Part shown: positions 11,060 to 24,240 of the stretch, piece after piece
How positions within the stretch are numbered: position 1 is the stretch's first letter
How the letters are laid out: the number at the start of each line of letters is the position of its first letter
Origin: Chiloscyllium plagiosum
Taxonomy: Eukaryota
NCBI RefSeq assembly: GCF_004010195.1
Contig: NC_057758.1
Coordinates: 8,394,424 to 8,458,008, forward strand
Direction: 5' to 3'
Length of the DNA: 63,585 nucleotides
Made by a program: the position numbers and the translations under genes
The notes under the pieces: generated by a model
Database searches by the model: none
Seen by the model: the letters and a program-made list of their open reading frames with translations, nothing else
Told to the model about the DNA's origin: nothing

Positions 11060-13312
11060 AGAGGTAGGCCGAGTGGAGGGGAGAATATATTGGATTTGGT
11101 GCTTGGCAACGAACCATGTTAGGTGTCGGATCTCACGGTGGGAGAGCATTTCAGCTGTAGTGACCACAACTCACTGACCTTTATGATACTCATGGAGAGG
11201 GACAGGGGCAGATGGTTTGGAAAATGATTTAATTGAGGGAGGGAAATTTCAATGCTATTAGGCAGGAATTGCACATAAATTGGGAACAGATGTTCTCAGG
11301 GAAATGCATGACCGAAATGTTTCAGAAGTATTTGCTGATAGTGATGGAGAGGTTTGTCCCACTGTGGCAAGGAAGGGATGTTAGTTTGAAAGAACTTTGA
11401 GTTCTAAGAGATGTGGGCCATCTCGTCAAGAGGAAGAAGGAAACTTATGTAAAGTTGAGGATGCAAGGATCAGACAGGGCTTTGGGTGGTTACAATGTAA
11501 GTAGGAAGGGATTGCAAAATGGATTAGGAGAGCCAAAAGGGGGCATGGATGAGATTTAGCGGGTAGGATTAAGGATAACCTTCAGGCATTCTACACTCAC
11601 GTGAGGAACAAAACGATGGCCAGAGTGAGGGTAGGGCCGATCAGGGATAATGGAGGGAGTTTGTGCTTGGAGTGGGAGGAGGTAGGGAAGGTCTTTATTC
11701 AATACTGTTCTTCAGTATTCACTACTGAAAGGGACCTTGATGTTTCTGAGAACAGCGAGAAAAAGATTGACCTGCTAGAAAATGTTAATGTTTAAAAGGA
11801 AAATGTGCTGACAGTTTTTTATAAATACAAGGATAGGTAAATCCCCTGGGCGAGATGAAATATATCCTAGAGTATTGCAAGAATCGAACAACAAGATTGT
11901 TGTGCCTTTGGCGATGATCCTTGTTTCCTCACTATCCACTGGAGTAATGTTTGATGATTGAAGGGTGGCAAATGTTATTCACTCGTTCAAGAAAGAGAAA
12001 AGGGATAATTCTGGGAATTACAGACCAGTCAGTCTTACGTTAGCGTTTGGCAAATAACTGGAGTGGAGTCTGAGAGACATAATTACTTGAAAAACCATAG
12101 TTTGATTAGAGATAGTCAGCATGGCTTTATGAGGGGCAGGTCATGCCTCACAAGCCTTATTGAATTCTTTGAGGATGTAAAAAAAACTTGATAAAGGTGC
12201 AGGAGTATATGGATTTTTGCAAGGCATTTGATAGGGTTCCCCTGATATTTGTTATTATAGGGTCATTCAGAAAGTAAGGAGGCATAAGATACAGGGAAAT
12301 CTGGCTGGCTGGATTTAGAATTGACTGGCCCACAGAAAACAGAGCGTGATAGTAGCCGCTAATTATTCAGCCTGGTGCTCGGTGACTGCAAGTGAATGGT
12401 GTTCTATAGGGATCAGTTCTCAGAACTCTGGTCTGTGATTTTTATAAATGAATTCGATGAGGAAGTGGAAGGACGGAGAGTAAGTTTGCCGATGACACGA
12501 ACGTGTGGATAATGTGAAGAGCTGTGGTATTTTGTAACGGGACAATGACGGGTTGGATAACTGGGCTGATAAGTGGAGAAGGAGTTCAACTTGGAAAAGT
12601 GTGAAGTGATTCACGTTGGAAGGTCAAATTTGATTGCAGAATACGGAGTTAAGTGCGAGATTGTTGCAAAGTTGATGAACAGCGGGATCTCGGGCTCCAT
12701 GTCCACAGATACATCAAAATTGCCACCCAAGTTGATAGGGTTGTTCAGAATATGTATGGTATGAAGACTTTCGTTTGCAGGGGGAAGGAGTTTAAGAGCA
12801 GTGAGGCTATGGTGCAGCTCAATATAGCTCTTTATAGGAAAGATGTGGAAGCTTCATAAAGGGTGCAGTGGAAGTTTGCCAGGATGCTGCCTGGACTGGA
12901 GGGTATGTCTTATGAAGAACGTTTGAGGTAGCTAGGACTTTTCTCATTGGAGCGAAAAAGGATGAGCATTGATTTGATAGAGTTGTACAAGATGTTGAGA
13001 GGCACACATCAATTGGAGAGGCAGAGATTTTTTCCCATGGCGGAAATGTCTATGATGAAGGAGCATAATTTTAAGGTAATTGGAAGAAGGTTTAAGGAGA
13101 GGTAGGTCCTTTACACAGAGAGCTGGGTGCGTGGAGTGCACTGCAAGCAGAAGCAGTAGAGTGAGACACATTTAAGTGACTCTTGGAGAGGCACATGGAT
13201 GGTAGTACAATGAAGGGTATGTGGGTTAGTCTGATCTTAGAGCAGAATAAAAGGCCAGCACAACATTTAAGGGCAGAGAGCCAGTACTGTACTGTACTGT
13301 TCTGTGTTCTCG
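11060..13312 (+). mobile_element. CR1 LINE, decayed ORF2 to tail
   Basis: CR1 linker, RT and C-terminal motifs; tail tactgtactgtactgttctgtgttct. Confidence 0.9.
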
Positions 13313-13329
13313 ATGCTTCAGGCAAGATA

Positions 13330-15930
13330 GAAATGGACGTAATGGAATGGAATGGGGGAACAGTGAAGCATGACTGAGACTGTCACAGCTAATATAAGAA
13401 AGAGCATCTTGGAGGGGTCATCCAGCGTCGTCTTATCTGAGGACGAGGAATGATACAGTCACTGTTATGGGGTTATACGATAGGCTACCTAAAAGCCAAT
13501 GGGAGATAAAGGAACACATCTGTAAGCAAATCAACAATACAGTTGTTATATTTCGAAATGTTATATTCCCCAATATTGACGGGGAATCCCTTAGTGGCAG
13601 CGGCTGACATGAATTATGTGTATCCAGGAACATTTCTTAAAACTGTGTGCAGATCACCCAAGTAGTGAAGGTGCTGTCCTAGATCTAATATTGGGGAATG
13701 AGCCTGGCCAGGTGATCAAAGTACCAGTGAGGGAGCATTTTGGGAACATGATCATATTTCTGCAAGTTTTAAGGTTGTAATGGATAAGTTTAAGATGGCT
13801 TCTCAGTCAAATTATTAAAATTGGGGGAAGGCGAATGACAACAGTATAATGCAAAAGTGGAGAAAATTCTCCAACTGGCTGTTTGTGGGTAAATCCACAT
13901 CTGACATGTGGGAATCTTAGAATGTTCAGTTGATCAAAGTTCAGTACGAGCATGTTCCTCTGGAGTTGGAAGATATATGTGGTAAGATTTGGCAAACTTG
14001 AATGACAAGTCATATCTTAACGTTAGTCAAAAACAAAAATAAAGGATATTTAGGAATTTCAGGTTTATGGAACTGAAATCCAGGTCAGCCTGAGAAGTTG
14101 TGGAAAAGAACTGAACAAGTTATTAGAAGGGGTCATGACAAAGTCTTTGCAAGCAAGATTCATGGCAATCCTCAAGGCATTTATACATATATTCGGAACA
14201 ACAGAGTAATTGGGGAAAGGGTTGTTCCTCTCAAGGACAGAGGATGGCAACTTGGAGCGGTCTTTAATGAGTATTTTGTATTGGCATTCACTAAGGAGAA
14301 AGACATGTAATGTGGTAAGGTTATGGAGGCACATGTCTATATTCTGGGGCATGTCAATATTGTGTTGGTGGTGGTGTTGGGTGTTTTGAAACACATTACG
14401 TTTTCTAAGTCGCGAAGCCCTGACACGATCTAACTCGGAACACTGAAGGTACCAAGGGAGGAGATTACTTCGGCCTTGAGAGAATTTTTGTATCCTCTTT
14501 AGCAACAGACAAGGGCCCAGAATACTGGCGAAAAACCTATGGTTTTCCTTTGTCGAGGAAGCGCAACCCAATATACTATGGTTTTCCTTTGTCGAGGAAG
14601 CGCAACCCAATATATGATTGGTCGGTAAATCCTTCATCAGTCGGAGGCCAATTAATGGTGAAGATTCATGGACAACGGATTTAATCTGTTTTACAGAAGA
14701 ATGGACATTAGATATAATCAGCATGGCTTTATGCAGAGGAGTCCCTGTCTCACACACTTGAATTTTTGGAGGAAGTGACAAAGATGATTAATGAGTGTAG
14801 AACAGTAGATATTGCATGCGTGGATTTTACTAAAGAATGTTACAAGGCCTCTCATGATAAGCTGATCTAGAAGATTGTGTTGAATGGAATCGATGGCAAG
14901 TTGGAAAGTTGGATGCAAAATTGTCTTGATTACAGAAGAGAGAGCAGTTGTGGAGGACTGTTTATTTCTCCCTGGAGGTCTGTGACATGGTGTTCGGTGA
15001 GGGTCAGTGCTGGGACATTGGCTGGTTGTTCCTCATTATAGATGAAAATACAGGAGATCTGATTAGAAATTTTGCAATGTTTGTGGAGAGTGAGGAAGGT
15101 TATGAAAGGATACAGTACTACACAGACCAGTTGCAGCATTGAACAGTGAAATGGCAGGTAGGGTTTAAGTCTGAGACGATGCTTTTTGGGAAGTCAAATG
15201 CAAGAGGGAAGACAGTAAATGGCAGGACTCGGAAAGGCACTGATATCCGAAACAATCTTGTGGCGCAAGACCACCGCTCCCTGAAAGAACAACACAAGTG
15301 AACAAGGTGATAAATAAAGGCTATGCCATGCCGACCTTCATCAGTCTGGGCTTTAAGTTCACAAGTCATATTCCAGCTGTATAAAACTTTGCTTATTCCA
15401 CCTATGGAGTACTGCGTGAAGTTTTAGTCATCCTCCTTCAGGAAGGTTGTGCAGGCTTTGGAAAGGGGGCAAGATTGGCTTACCAAGATGTTGCCCGAAT
15501 TGGAGTGGATTATCTAAAGTGAAAGGCTGCACAAACTTGCAGTGTATTCACTTCAGCATCGAAGGCCGAGGGGCAACCTGATAGAAGCATATAAAATTAT
15601 GAGAGGCACGGATAAGATGGTTAGCCAGACTTTACTCCACATGAATGTGTCAAATAATAAGGAACAAAGGCTTCAGGTGAGACGTTAAGGTATAAATGAC
15701 ATGACGGGAAAGTTTCTCTTTAAAAAAGACTGGTAGGTGCCTGAACCCGAAAACCAGGGAAGTTGCGAAAATCAGACATGATCGTAAAATTTAAGAGGCA
15801 TTCGGACAGGCATGTGAAAAGGCAGGGAATAAAGGAATAGGGATAATGTGCAGGCAGGTGGGATTAGTTTAGAATGGCAACACGATCGGCACAAATGTGG
15901 TGGGCGAAGGGCCTGATCATTCTGTGTCCT
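13330..15930 (+). mobile_element. Old CR1 LINE (endonuclease to tail); includes a 39-bp tandem duplication at ~14538-14613
   Basis: APE-region motifs (actgagac, tcctagatctaatattggggaatgagcctggccaggtg), RT remnants, 3' UTR gtgggcgaagggcctg. Confidence 0.85.
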
Positions 15931-16159
15931 GTAAACAAAATAATATTTTATTGGGTTGTGTGTTACAGATGGGAAAGTAACTGAGAGGCGAAAACATGAT
16001 TTATATCAAATAACAGATATTCAGGAATGAGTTAAAAACTGTAATCTGACTGAGAGCTTCATATTTGACAACTGGCCTACGAACAGTATTGTATTTTGTT
16101 CCAAATTCCACCTATCCATCGTCCACAATTACACAGAGCAAAGTTATAACCACTCTTAC

Positions 16160-18274
16160 CATGTGGCTGTCAGACAGAAAGTGCAATTTACGGTTCTCCC
16201 CTGCAGTTCGCGCCTTTGCCTGAACGGTACAGTGTTCACTTGCCCCCGCCCCATCCTGGTCCCCTCCCCCTGTGTTGAACTTCCAAATGGTGGTGGCCTG
16301 GAATGACTTTCCCTCTACTCCATATGCGCAAGCAGATCTTTTCCTGACGATCAGCGAGCTGTGCAGGATGTTCCCACACCACAAAGTAATCTGGAAACAA
16401 AGCAGCGAGTGATTTCCCGTCCAATCACAAACTGGGAAGGCCAGAGAATGAGAAGGTGTGTGATAAAGAGAGTGTGAGTGTGTGTACATGCACGCATGCT
16501 ATGCACGGCTGTTTATGGTGTCAAAATATTCCCAGTGCGTGGGGTTGGCGTGCAAAAGTATGTACACACAAGTGGCACGTGACAGGTCCCATGCTGATCA
16601 GACAGAACGTAAGCGGTCATTGATCCTTTACGTTTGTACCAGGAAAACAATGAGGGGACGAAACTAGATAGCAAGGAGGGTCAGCATGGGAGGGCAGGCA
16701 GAGGTCGAGAGCAACTGCGTGAGGTATGGCAGTGAGAAAGCAAGAGTGGCAAGCAGAGCATGAGAGCGATAGAGGGGCCGAGCAGAGCGTGAGAGCAACG
16801 GGGCGGGAAGGGGCAGAGTGCATGTCGGTGTGACAGAGGGTGACTGCAATGGGACAGGGGAGGTCGAGGGCAGATGTGTGTTGGTTGTTGAGCAAATGAG
16901 AGAGAGAGAGAGAAAGAGAGCAAAGTGGCAGGATGTGGACAGGATAAAAAGAACAAAAGATAGAGCACGAGGAGAGAGGGAGAAAAGGGGAGAAGATTGG
17001 AAATGAGATAGCCAAGGATAGGAGATTTCAGTTTGGCAGATGGTCCAGGCCTCTGGGGAAAGCGCAGGGCAGGGGGATTAGTTTGGGGATTGATACAGAG
17101 GTGTGAAATGAAGAAGATAAAGTCATTCACCACGCTTATCGACATTCAGTAGATTTCTCCCAGACAATCGATTGTAATCCCTCAGGAAGTCGGCAACAGT
17201 TGGTAACACATTCACAGGCACCATGTCTTCACTTTACTCTGGGCTTCACAAGGCTCGAGTGGAAACGTTTGTGCTGATACAGGTTCATGTCTGCTTTCCT
17301 GCAAGGGAGAGAGAGAGGGGAAAGAGGGAGAAGGGAAATAGAGATAGAGCATCATTTCCAAACCGTGACAGTGACTGAGAGGAAAGGTGAGATTGGGGAG
17401 GGACACGGATCGAAAGAGGAACTGAGCCAGAAAAGTAGACACAGAGAGAAGAGTGAGACACATTCCAGTACGGAATGTCAGAACACATGATGGAGAGAGT
17501 GTCAACGCACAAGCGAAAGTCAAACACAGAATCAGACAGACAGACAGAATCACATAGATAGACACCGAATAGAAACGAGTACACAGCAGAAAGACAGCAG
17601 TACCTTGTCACAGCACAATCTCGCCTGGTCTCTCAGGAAGGAGTGCTGGGTGAGGAGGGTGCAGATAGAAAGTAGTCCTCAGGACCACTGGACCTGTGAT
17701 GACAAACTGTGACCCTCGAACGTAGGACTAGATTAAGCTCATCGACATGGACAAGTTGGACCAACTATTCTATTTCCATGCTATGCATGTCTTTGACTCC
17801 AAATGCAAGGCATCACAAGCTGTTTGCTGTTATTTTTACAGACACCGAAGCACCTGCCTTTCAACCTCTCTTAAAAAAAAAACCCAAGACAAAATGATCG
17901 CTGAAAGCCACACCATTGGCACACCAGTGGAGGATCGAGCAGGGTTCCTGAGGTGTAAGGAGATTTGGAGACCAGCGACAGATCGATTTGACACACAAGG
18001 AACCGACCCCAGCTGTGGTGGGCCGAAGGGCATCCTTGTGTGATGTCACAGCCACGAGACAAGGAGGAGCCCATGAAGCCTCCAGCATTTCAACAGCTCG
18101 CCAAGTTTAATTGAGGAAAGGGGTTTTGGGGCTGATCAGGGTACAATACACCGGGATCCGTTTTGTTTCCCACTGTATCTGACATCATGCAACGGGTTCA
18201 GGCGCCAGCCGCTGGAACACTGGCTCAGCTCTTCGAGATTCTCCTGTTATAGTGCCAACATCTCACGGACATGC
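16160..18274 (-). pseudogene. Decayed multi-exon Ig-superfamily-like gene remnant
   Basis: Five pyrimidine-rich minus-strand acceptors (exons starting 18274, 17693, 17298, 16663, 16390) and donors after 17604 and 16160; frameshifted Ig-like strings IPVYCTLISPKTPFLN*TW...CSILH, TVADF/PEGLQSIVWEK, CAYGVEGKSFQATTIWKF. No intact ORF. Confidence 0.4.
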
Positions 18275-18989
18275 CTGGGACACAAGAGTCAGAGTACAGC
18301 AAGTATGTGTGGTTGGTGGGGAGGGGGGGAATGGGTGGGATTTCAGAGGAGAGGAGTAATAGAGAGAGAAGCACACAGTCAGAGATGGAAGAACGGAGGG
18401 ACAGACAGCGATAGAGAGAACAATCAATGCACAAGGCAGGTTCGCCGGATGAGATGTTGGAGGGGGTGATGAAGATGGGGAATGGTGAGGGAGGTGGTGT
18501 TACTAGGTGAGGGCAGAGGAGCTGGGAATAGTTGATTGCCAGTGTATTTCAAACTTGGTCGTTTTCTTTCACAAACCGGGACCCTGTTTATCTATCTATG
18601 AGTGGGCTACAGCAGCGTCAGGCGAACAGGAGCCCAAGGGCTTGCTGGAGTTGGAGCCAATCAGTGTGAACAAGTGACCAGTTCTCAACAGGGACAGCTC
18701 TCAATTTGACAATAATCTCGCGATTCGTTGCCAAGACACGGGCCGTGATCAGGGCAGGGAGAATCTTCATGAGACTCTGGAGAGGGATGAGGATGGGTGT
18801 TACCGAATGTGGGATAGTCACGATGTGTCAGCCCAAAAGAGTAAAGCAGGTCGGGCTGTGCCAAAGGGCTGTGATTTGGGTGAGAAACGCCAGCAGGTGC
18901 CCAGATGGAGCAGGATGGGGCTGCACAGCTGGAGGGGTGAGGGTATGTGGAGCAGAGAGGACAAAAAGTGGGGAACTGGAAAGTAAGGG

Positions 18990-19640
18990 GTGGGGATCAT
19001 GGAAGGCCTGAGGATGGAAGGAAGGCAGAAGGGAACAGCGCTGCATCAGGAACTTATCCATCTACTATAAAGCAGGACAGTGAATATGTTGGTGCTATCG
19101 AGGATCCTGCGGCGTTTGATTCATGGCCAGCAGACATGGATAGGGCAGTCTATTCCTTCATCAGGAATGTCAGGAAGGCCTTTTCACCGGAATGTCCATT
19201 GTCCTGTTACTCGGATGCTGCCCGACATACTGTGCCTTTTCAGTGCCGAACTATCAGGCTCTGGTCTCCAGCATCTGCAGTTCTCACATTCTCCTTGATC
19301 AGATGCTCCAATGAGTGCGAGATGGAATTTGAGTTTAGTAAGACAACCCTAGGCAGAACATATACAGATAATAGTAGGAGACGAGGGTGAAGAAGACGTT
19401 TGGAATGTTTGGCTTCATTGGTCAGAACAGAGAATGTCGGAGCTGGGGTGATATGTTGCGGCTGTACAGGACATTAGTGAGGCCACGTTTGGAATACTGC
19501 ATTCAATTCTGGTCTCCCAGGTATAGGAGGAATGTTGTTAAATGCAGAAAACATTTAAGGATGTTGAGGGGGGATTTAAGCTATAGGGAATGAACAATAT
19601 GCTGGAGCAATTTTCCCTGGAGTGTTGGATGCTGAGAAGT
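18990..19640 (+). mobile_element. CR1 fragment carrying a decayed family A insertion (~19153-19294)
   Basis: MLRLYRTLVRPRLEYCIQFWSP; insert ends ctccagcatctgcagttctcacattctcc. Confidence 0.75.
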
Positions 19641-19862
19641 GATTCAGTCAGTGCGTCCATTAAGATAGTCAGTCAGTATGCCGGTGCATCCATTTAGTCA
19701 GTCAGACAGTCGGCTGTGCATCTATTCTGTCAGTCAGCCAGTCAGTCAGTGAGTTCAGTCAGTCAGTGCCTCCATTCTGTCAGCCAGTGAGAACAATCAT
19801 TCAGCGAGTTAATGCGTCCGTACAGTCAGTGAGTTAGTGCGTGTTCTTTCAGTCAGTCAGTG
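19641..19862. repeat. Degenerate (CAGT)n microsatellite
   Basis: Repeated cagtcagtcagt. Confidence 0.85.
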
Positions 19863-20376
19863 TGTGGGAGAAAAAAAACCTTACACGAATTATTTAAAAC
19901 AACACAATCAGGAGACGTGACTTTGAACAATTAACTTGCTTTATCACGACCATGGGGAGTTACACCTTCGTTCGTAAAGTCCGACACAATTCCAAAGAAA
20001 TACAAAATGTTACAGGATGTATAGGTAATCAAAGCTCACTGCGCATAAGGCCGTGCACGCTCGGGGCAGTCATGAAACTCACATACAATTTCCAGACCAA
20101 CGTTTCTTAATATCTACAAAACTAAATGTTATATTTTACTCCAGGTTTAGCAAGGCTAGAATTAACAAGAGGAGACAGAGAGAAACAATTCATCATAATC
20201 TGAGATAGTGCTAACGGCACTGACGAGCCGAGACATCTTGCCACAGCAAGTTCAGTCTTATCAGAGCGGGATTGTTCTCACACTACTCGAGAAGGCTCAA
20301 ACTCTTACTGCAAAAATTGCGTTGTGACCAAATCTCTTCGAAATATTTTGTGTCAATTTTGGCCAATTCTTCCAGA
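19863..20376 (-). repeat. Putative ERV 3' LTR
   Basis: Follows the PPT at ~20378-20390; imperfect inverted termini TCTGGAAGAA and TGTGGGAGAA (8/10), ends in CA; gataaa polyA-like signal at 19940-19945. Confidence 0.65.
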
Positions 20377-20589
20377 ATCCTTCCTTTTTAAAAAAGAAAT
20401 GAACAGATTGGGAGCCAGGGGGATTGTCAGGCGGTGGTAGTTGGAGATCGGACAGATCACCCGCGGGTTTGGTAAGAAGAGGGGCAGAAGGCTCCAGGGA
20501 CTGAGAATCACCGTTTGGGGTTTCATCAGGAAGAGGAAACCAAGAATCTGAGGAGTCACTTGGGAGCAGAGCCACAACAAGGAATTGAA

Positions 20590-21480
20590 TCATACGCAGG
20601 CCAATTTGACACAGATAATAATCATACATAGGATAGCAAAGGCCACGATGAGGGCAATGACGCCTTGTACAAAGGCACTTCATTATCCCAAAACATCGGC
20701 CTATCCAGCTCCACAGATCCTACTAGGAAGTCGTCTCATGGAGTTCTGTGACTACCTTACTGATGTGAGTGATTGGTGAAGTTTTCACTGGCATAGGGAA
20801 TTTAGCACAGCAGATGGAGCCGATAAGGGGACAGGTGCCCCCTTTCTTGGCGGACAGGTAATCCAGGGCCAGCCTGTTCTGCAGGACCACAGTGCAAATG
20901 GCGACCATTTATGCATTCATCTCAGCAAGGGCTGTGGCAGTATTATTTGTCACTGCTTTGAGAAGCACGGCCAGGCGCCTGACTTCAACATCCTTTTGAG
21001 CCATTGCAAAAGGGGAGAGAAAAATCCGAAAATTTTTCGAAAATAATAATGGATCTCTTGCTGCGAGCTCGAGGCTCAAATAGGGAGGAGTGGGAGTTAG
21101 AAAGGAAATGAATCACATACCACAAATAAGTTTAGAAAATGGTGAAGGTTGGGCTCTGCTGGGCAATCCCACTCCGAGCGTGAACATTTGTCTTGTGAAT
21201 CTGGGTGATGTGAAGGATTCTTTCCAGGCCAAAAGAGTTGAGGTGCAGAGAGGAGGAGCATGTACTGATCTCACCTCCCAATCCCTCTGCAGGCTCCTTT
21301 TGAAGCATATAATACCCTACGCAGGACACCTTGGACAGTGGTGTTCCTCCAAAATAAAATGATTTCAATTGAAATTAGGATGGCTTTCAAGTAAACATAG
21401 ACGTGATTAGTTAGAAATTGATATTAGGTCAGTCATGGTCTTTGAGAAAAACGGAGATAAAGTGATAATATTCCATTTCA
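20590..21480 (-). pseudogene. env: Gamma-type retroviral env pseudogene (SU remnant and TM)
   Basis: Furin site RSKR (21065-21054); heptad VRRLAVLLKAVTNNTATALAEMNA*; immunosuppressive domain LQNRLALDYL (20884-20855); CX6CC CPLIGSICC; membrane anchor GVIALIVAFAILCMIIICV; stops and frameshifts. Confidence 0.92.
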
Positions 21481-22517
21481 TTATCACTGATGGTTCTTTA
21501 CCCTTAAAGGAAATCATCATAAACTCCCAAAATGCAAATCAAATTCAAAACACTCCTGGATCTCAACTCCAGGCAGCAAAACACAAACATTCAATAACCA
21601 ACAAGCAAGTGTGCATTCAAACCAAATCACAAAGGGTTACACTTTCTGCAAACTGCAGAGAATCAGCGATGAGTCAGTTCCTCTCTCTCTCTTTCTCTTT
21701 CTCTCTCTCTTTTCCTCCCGCTCGCATGCACACATGAACATTTTCCAACTTTCCTCATATCGCAGTTTTCAGATTTTGTGTACTCCTTGCTTGTAAGGCC
21801 CATAAGGCACTCATATTCCAGAACAATCAAACTTAGGCAGTTTAGCCTCATAAATGTTGGCTGTGACACATAGCTGCTTAAAAAAAGTGGGCAAAATCTA
21901 AATACCTTCAAGCCGTTCCATTTGCAACTATAACAACATTTTCAAAGAAAGTTGTTCGTGCCCCTGCATTAGTCTGCAACCCAGGGGAAATACAATGGAG
22001 TCCTGAATAGATACCCAATGTGTCCCGTATGCCAAATTCAGTGAAGCCTGGACATCCTGAAGCAAGCAACAGATTTGCACTAGCCAATAAAAAATAATGT
22101 TGGGCACTTGAATGGATCGGGGCATCTTGAATCACGCTGCTGACCTCAGAGTGAGTCTGGGGCTAATCAAATGTTTCATAACCCGCAGGCAAGGAAATTC
22201 TTTTTTTACTAATTTTGTAAACCCTAAGAGTCTTTCAACAATACTTTCCATCCGGACACTGGGGCCCTGTTGAGTACTCACATGTCTGAGGAGCAGGAAT
22301 TGGATCAGCATTCCCAAGAGCATCTATGGCCAAATTTCGATTTTTTCTGGATGAGACCAAAGCAGCAGTCGCCCTCTTTATGTCATCTCGCCAACAATAT
22401 TGTCAGATGACCTGGCAGGAACAGGGTATCTCCATTTACCTTGGTTCTTCAGGGTCTTTCTGTACAGAAACAGAGGACCCAGAATGCCTTTCACAATAGG
22501 ACAAACCGAATATGTCC

Positions 22518-24240
22518 TCGGGGAGTCCTTCCACATGACGTTTGAAATAAACCAACCCTATCAGAACCTCGGCAGGCGTGGTGTGTGTCTGTAACCTGTA
22601 AAAGAGAACAAACAAAACCGCACAAAGACAAACTAGCGTAGTCGTAACTGTCAATTTTCCTTTAATTTCCCTGCAATTACCTCTCTATCTTGCACAAACG
22701 AAGGCAAGTGCACATCCAGCTTTCCTGCCAATTTCAACAGCTTCCCCTTGCGCAACTTTTGTGAAACCCCTACAGTCATTTCTTCCACACCGAAAAGACT
22801 CTTAGCCACTGAAAGAACCAGTAGTTCAGAAAGCACTGTTTAAACCATCTGAATTCAACACCCGGAACAACAGACACCAACACCTACCACTCGCCATTTT
22901 AATGTCCAACAAACTCAAAGTTGAATTTTGAATTATAGAATCAATCCCGACAAGTGCCTCCAATTTTCGAGACTCCTGGAATATATATTAAGAAGGTTGT
23001 GTCGAAACTAACGTTTCCTTATTTTAAAGGCAGGTGTGAGTTATGAGTTCCACCTCTATGCAACTGGTCATACGACTCGGCTTTAAACAAATCAGAATCC
23101 ACTTAAACACTGCAGTTGGAATACGAACAAAAAGAAGGAGAAAGTTAGAATTACTGCACTGTTGCAAAACTTAAATTACCCCGACACAGTAACAAGTAAT
23201 TATTGTTCCAAAACAGTCTCATCCCATAAACACCCTTCTTGTAAAAAGGGTAAATTCAAACAAATCTTACAGGCAGGTAGGAACAATGTCCACAGAATGA
23301 CTTCATAAGCAAGTCAGAGGAATCCTTCCAAGAAGCTTGCAACTCCCATGTACTCAGACATCTTCTGACTGCTACAGCTTCGGGGAGTCCTTCCACATGA
23401 CGTTTGAAATAAACCAACCCTATCAGAACCTCGGCAGTCGTGGTGTGTGTCTGTAACCTGTAAAAGAGAACAAACAAAACCGCACAAAGACAAACTAGCG
23501 TGGTCGTAACTGTCAATTTTCCTTTAATTTCCCTGCAATTACCTCTCTATCTTGCACAGACGAAGGCAAGTGCACATCCAGCTTGCCTGCCAATTTCAAC
23601 AGCTTCCCCTTGCGCAACTGTTGTGAAACCCCTACAGTCATTTCTTCCACACCGAAAAGACTCTTAGCCACTGAAAGAGCCAGTAGTTCAGAAAGCACTC
23701 TTTAAACCAACTGAATGCAACACCCGGAACAACAGACCCAACACCTACCACTCGCCATTTTAATGTCCAACAAACTCAAAGTTGAATTTTGAATTATAGA
23801 ATCAATCCCGACAAGTGCCTCCAATTTTCGAGACTCCTTGAATATATATTAAGAAGGTTGTGTCGAAACTAATGTTTCCTTATTTTAAAGGCAGGCTTGA
23901 GTTATGTGTTCCACCTGTATGCAACTGGTCATACGACTCGGCTTTAAACAAATCAGAATCCACTTAAACACTGCAGTTGGAATACGAACAAAAAGAAGGA
24001 GGAAGTTAGAATTACTGCACTGTTGCAAAACTTAAATGACCCCGATACAGTAACAAGTACTTATTGTTCCAAAACAGTCTCATCCCATAAACACCCTTCT
24101 TGTAAAAAGGGTAAATTCAAACAAATCTTATAGGCAGGTAGGAACAATGTCCAGAGAGTGACTTCATAAGCAAGTCAGAGGAATCCTTCCAAGAAGCTTG
24201 CAACTCCCATGTACTCAGACATCTTCTGACTGCTACAGCT
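22518..24240. repeat. Tandem direct duplication, ~862-bp unit (22518-23379 and 23380-24240)
   Basis: Near-identical units with scattered substitutions and one small indel; seen as paired ORFs 22436/23256 and 22651/23513. Confidence 0.95.
22944..22962 (-). promoter_or_regulatory. Primer-binding-site-like sequence (tRNA-Thr-like); duplicated at ~23805-23823
   Basis: TGGAGGCACTTGTCGGGAT resembles the complement of a vertebrate tRNA-Thr(AGU) 3' end (TGGAGGCACCGCTGGGAT, from memory). Confidence 0.55.

Larger units (their letters stand above)
19863..22962 (-). mobile_element. Endogenous retrovirus remnant: PBS, leader, env, PPT, 3' LTR; 5' LTR not found
   Basis: PBS-like TGGAGGCACTTGTCGGGAT (22962-22944); env TM motifs; PPT aaaaaggaagga just before a ~514-bp LTR. 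Confidence 0.75.

Noticed and set aside
14065..14781. 238-aa minus-strand ORF with an internal repeat
   Set aside because: Antisense to a decayed CR1; the repeat is a 39-bp local duplication.
19641..19862. CRISPR-like or regulatory array
   Set aside because: Eukaryotic degenerate tetranucleotide microsatellite with no repeat-spacer structure.
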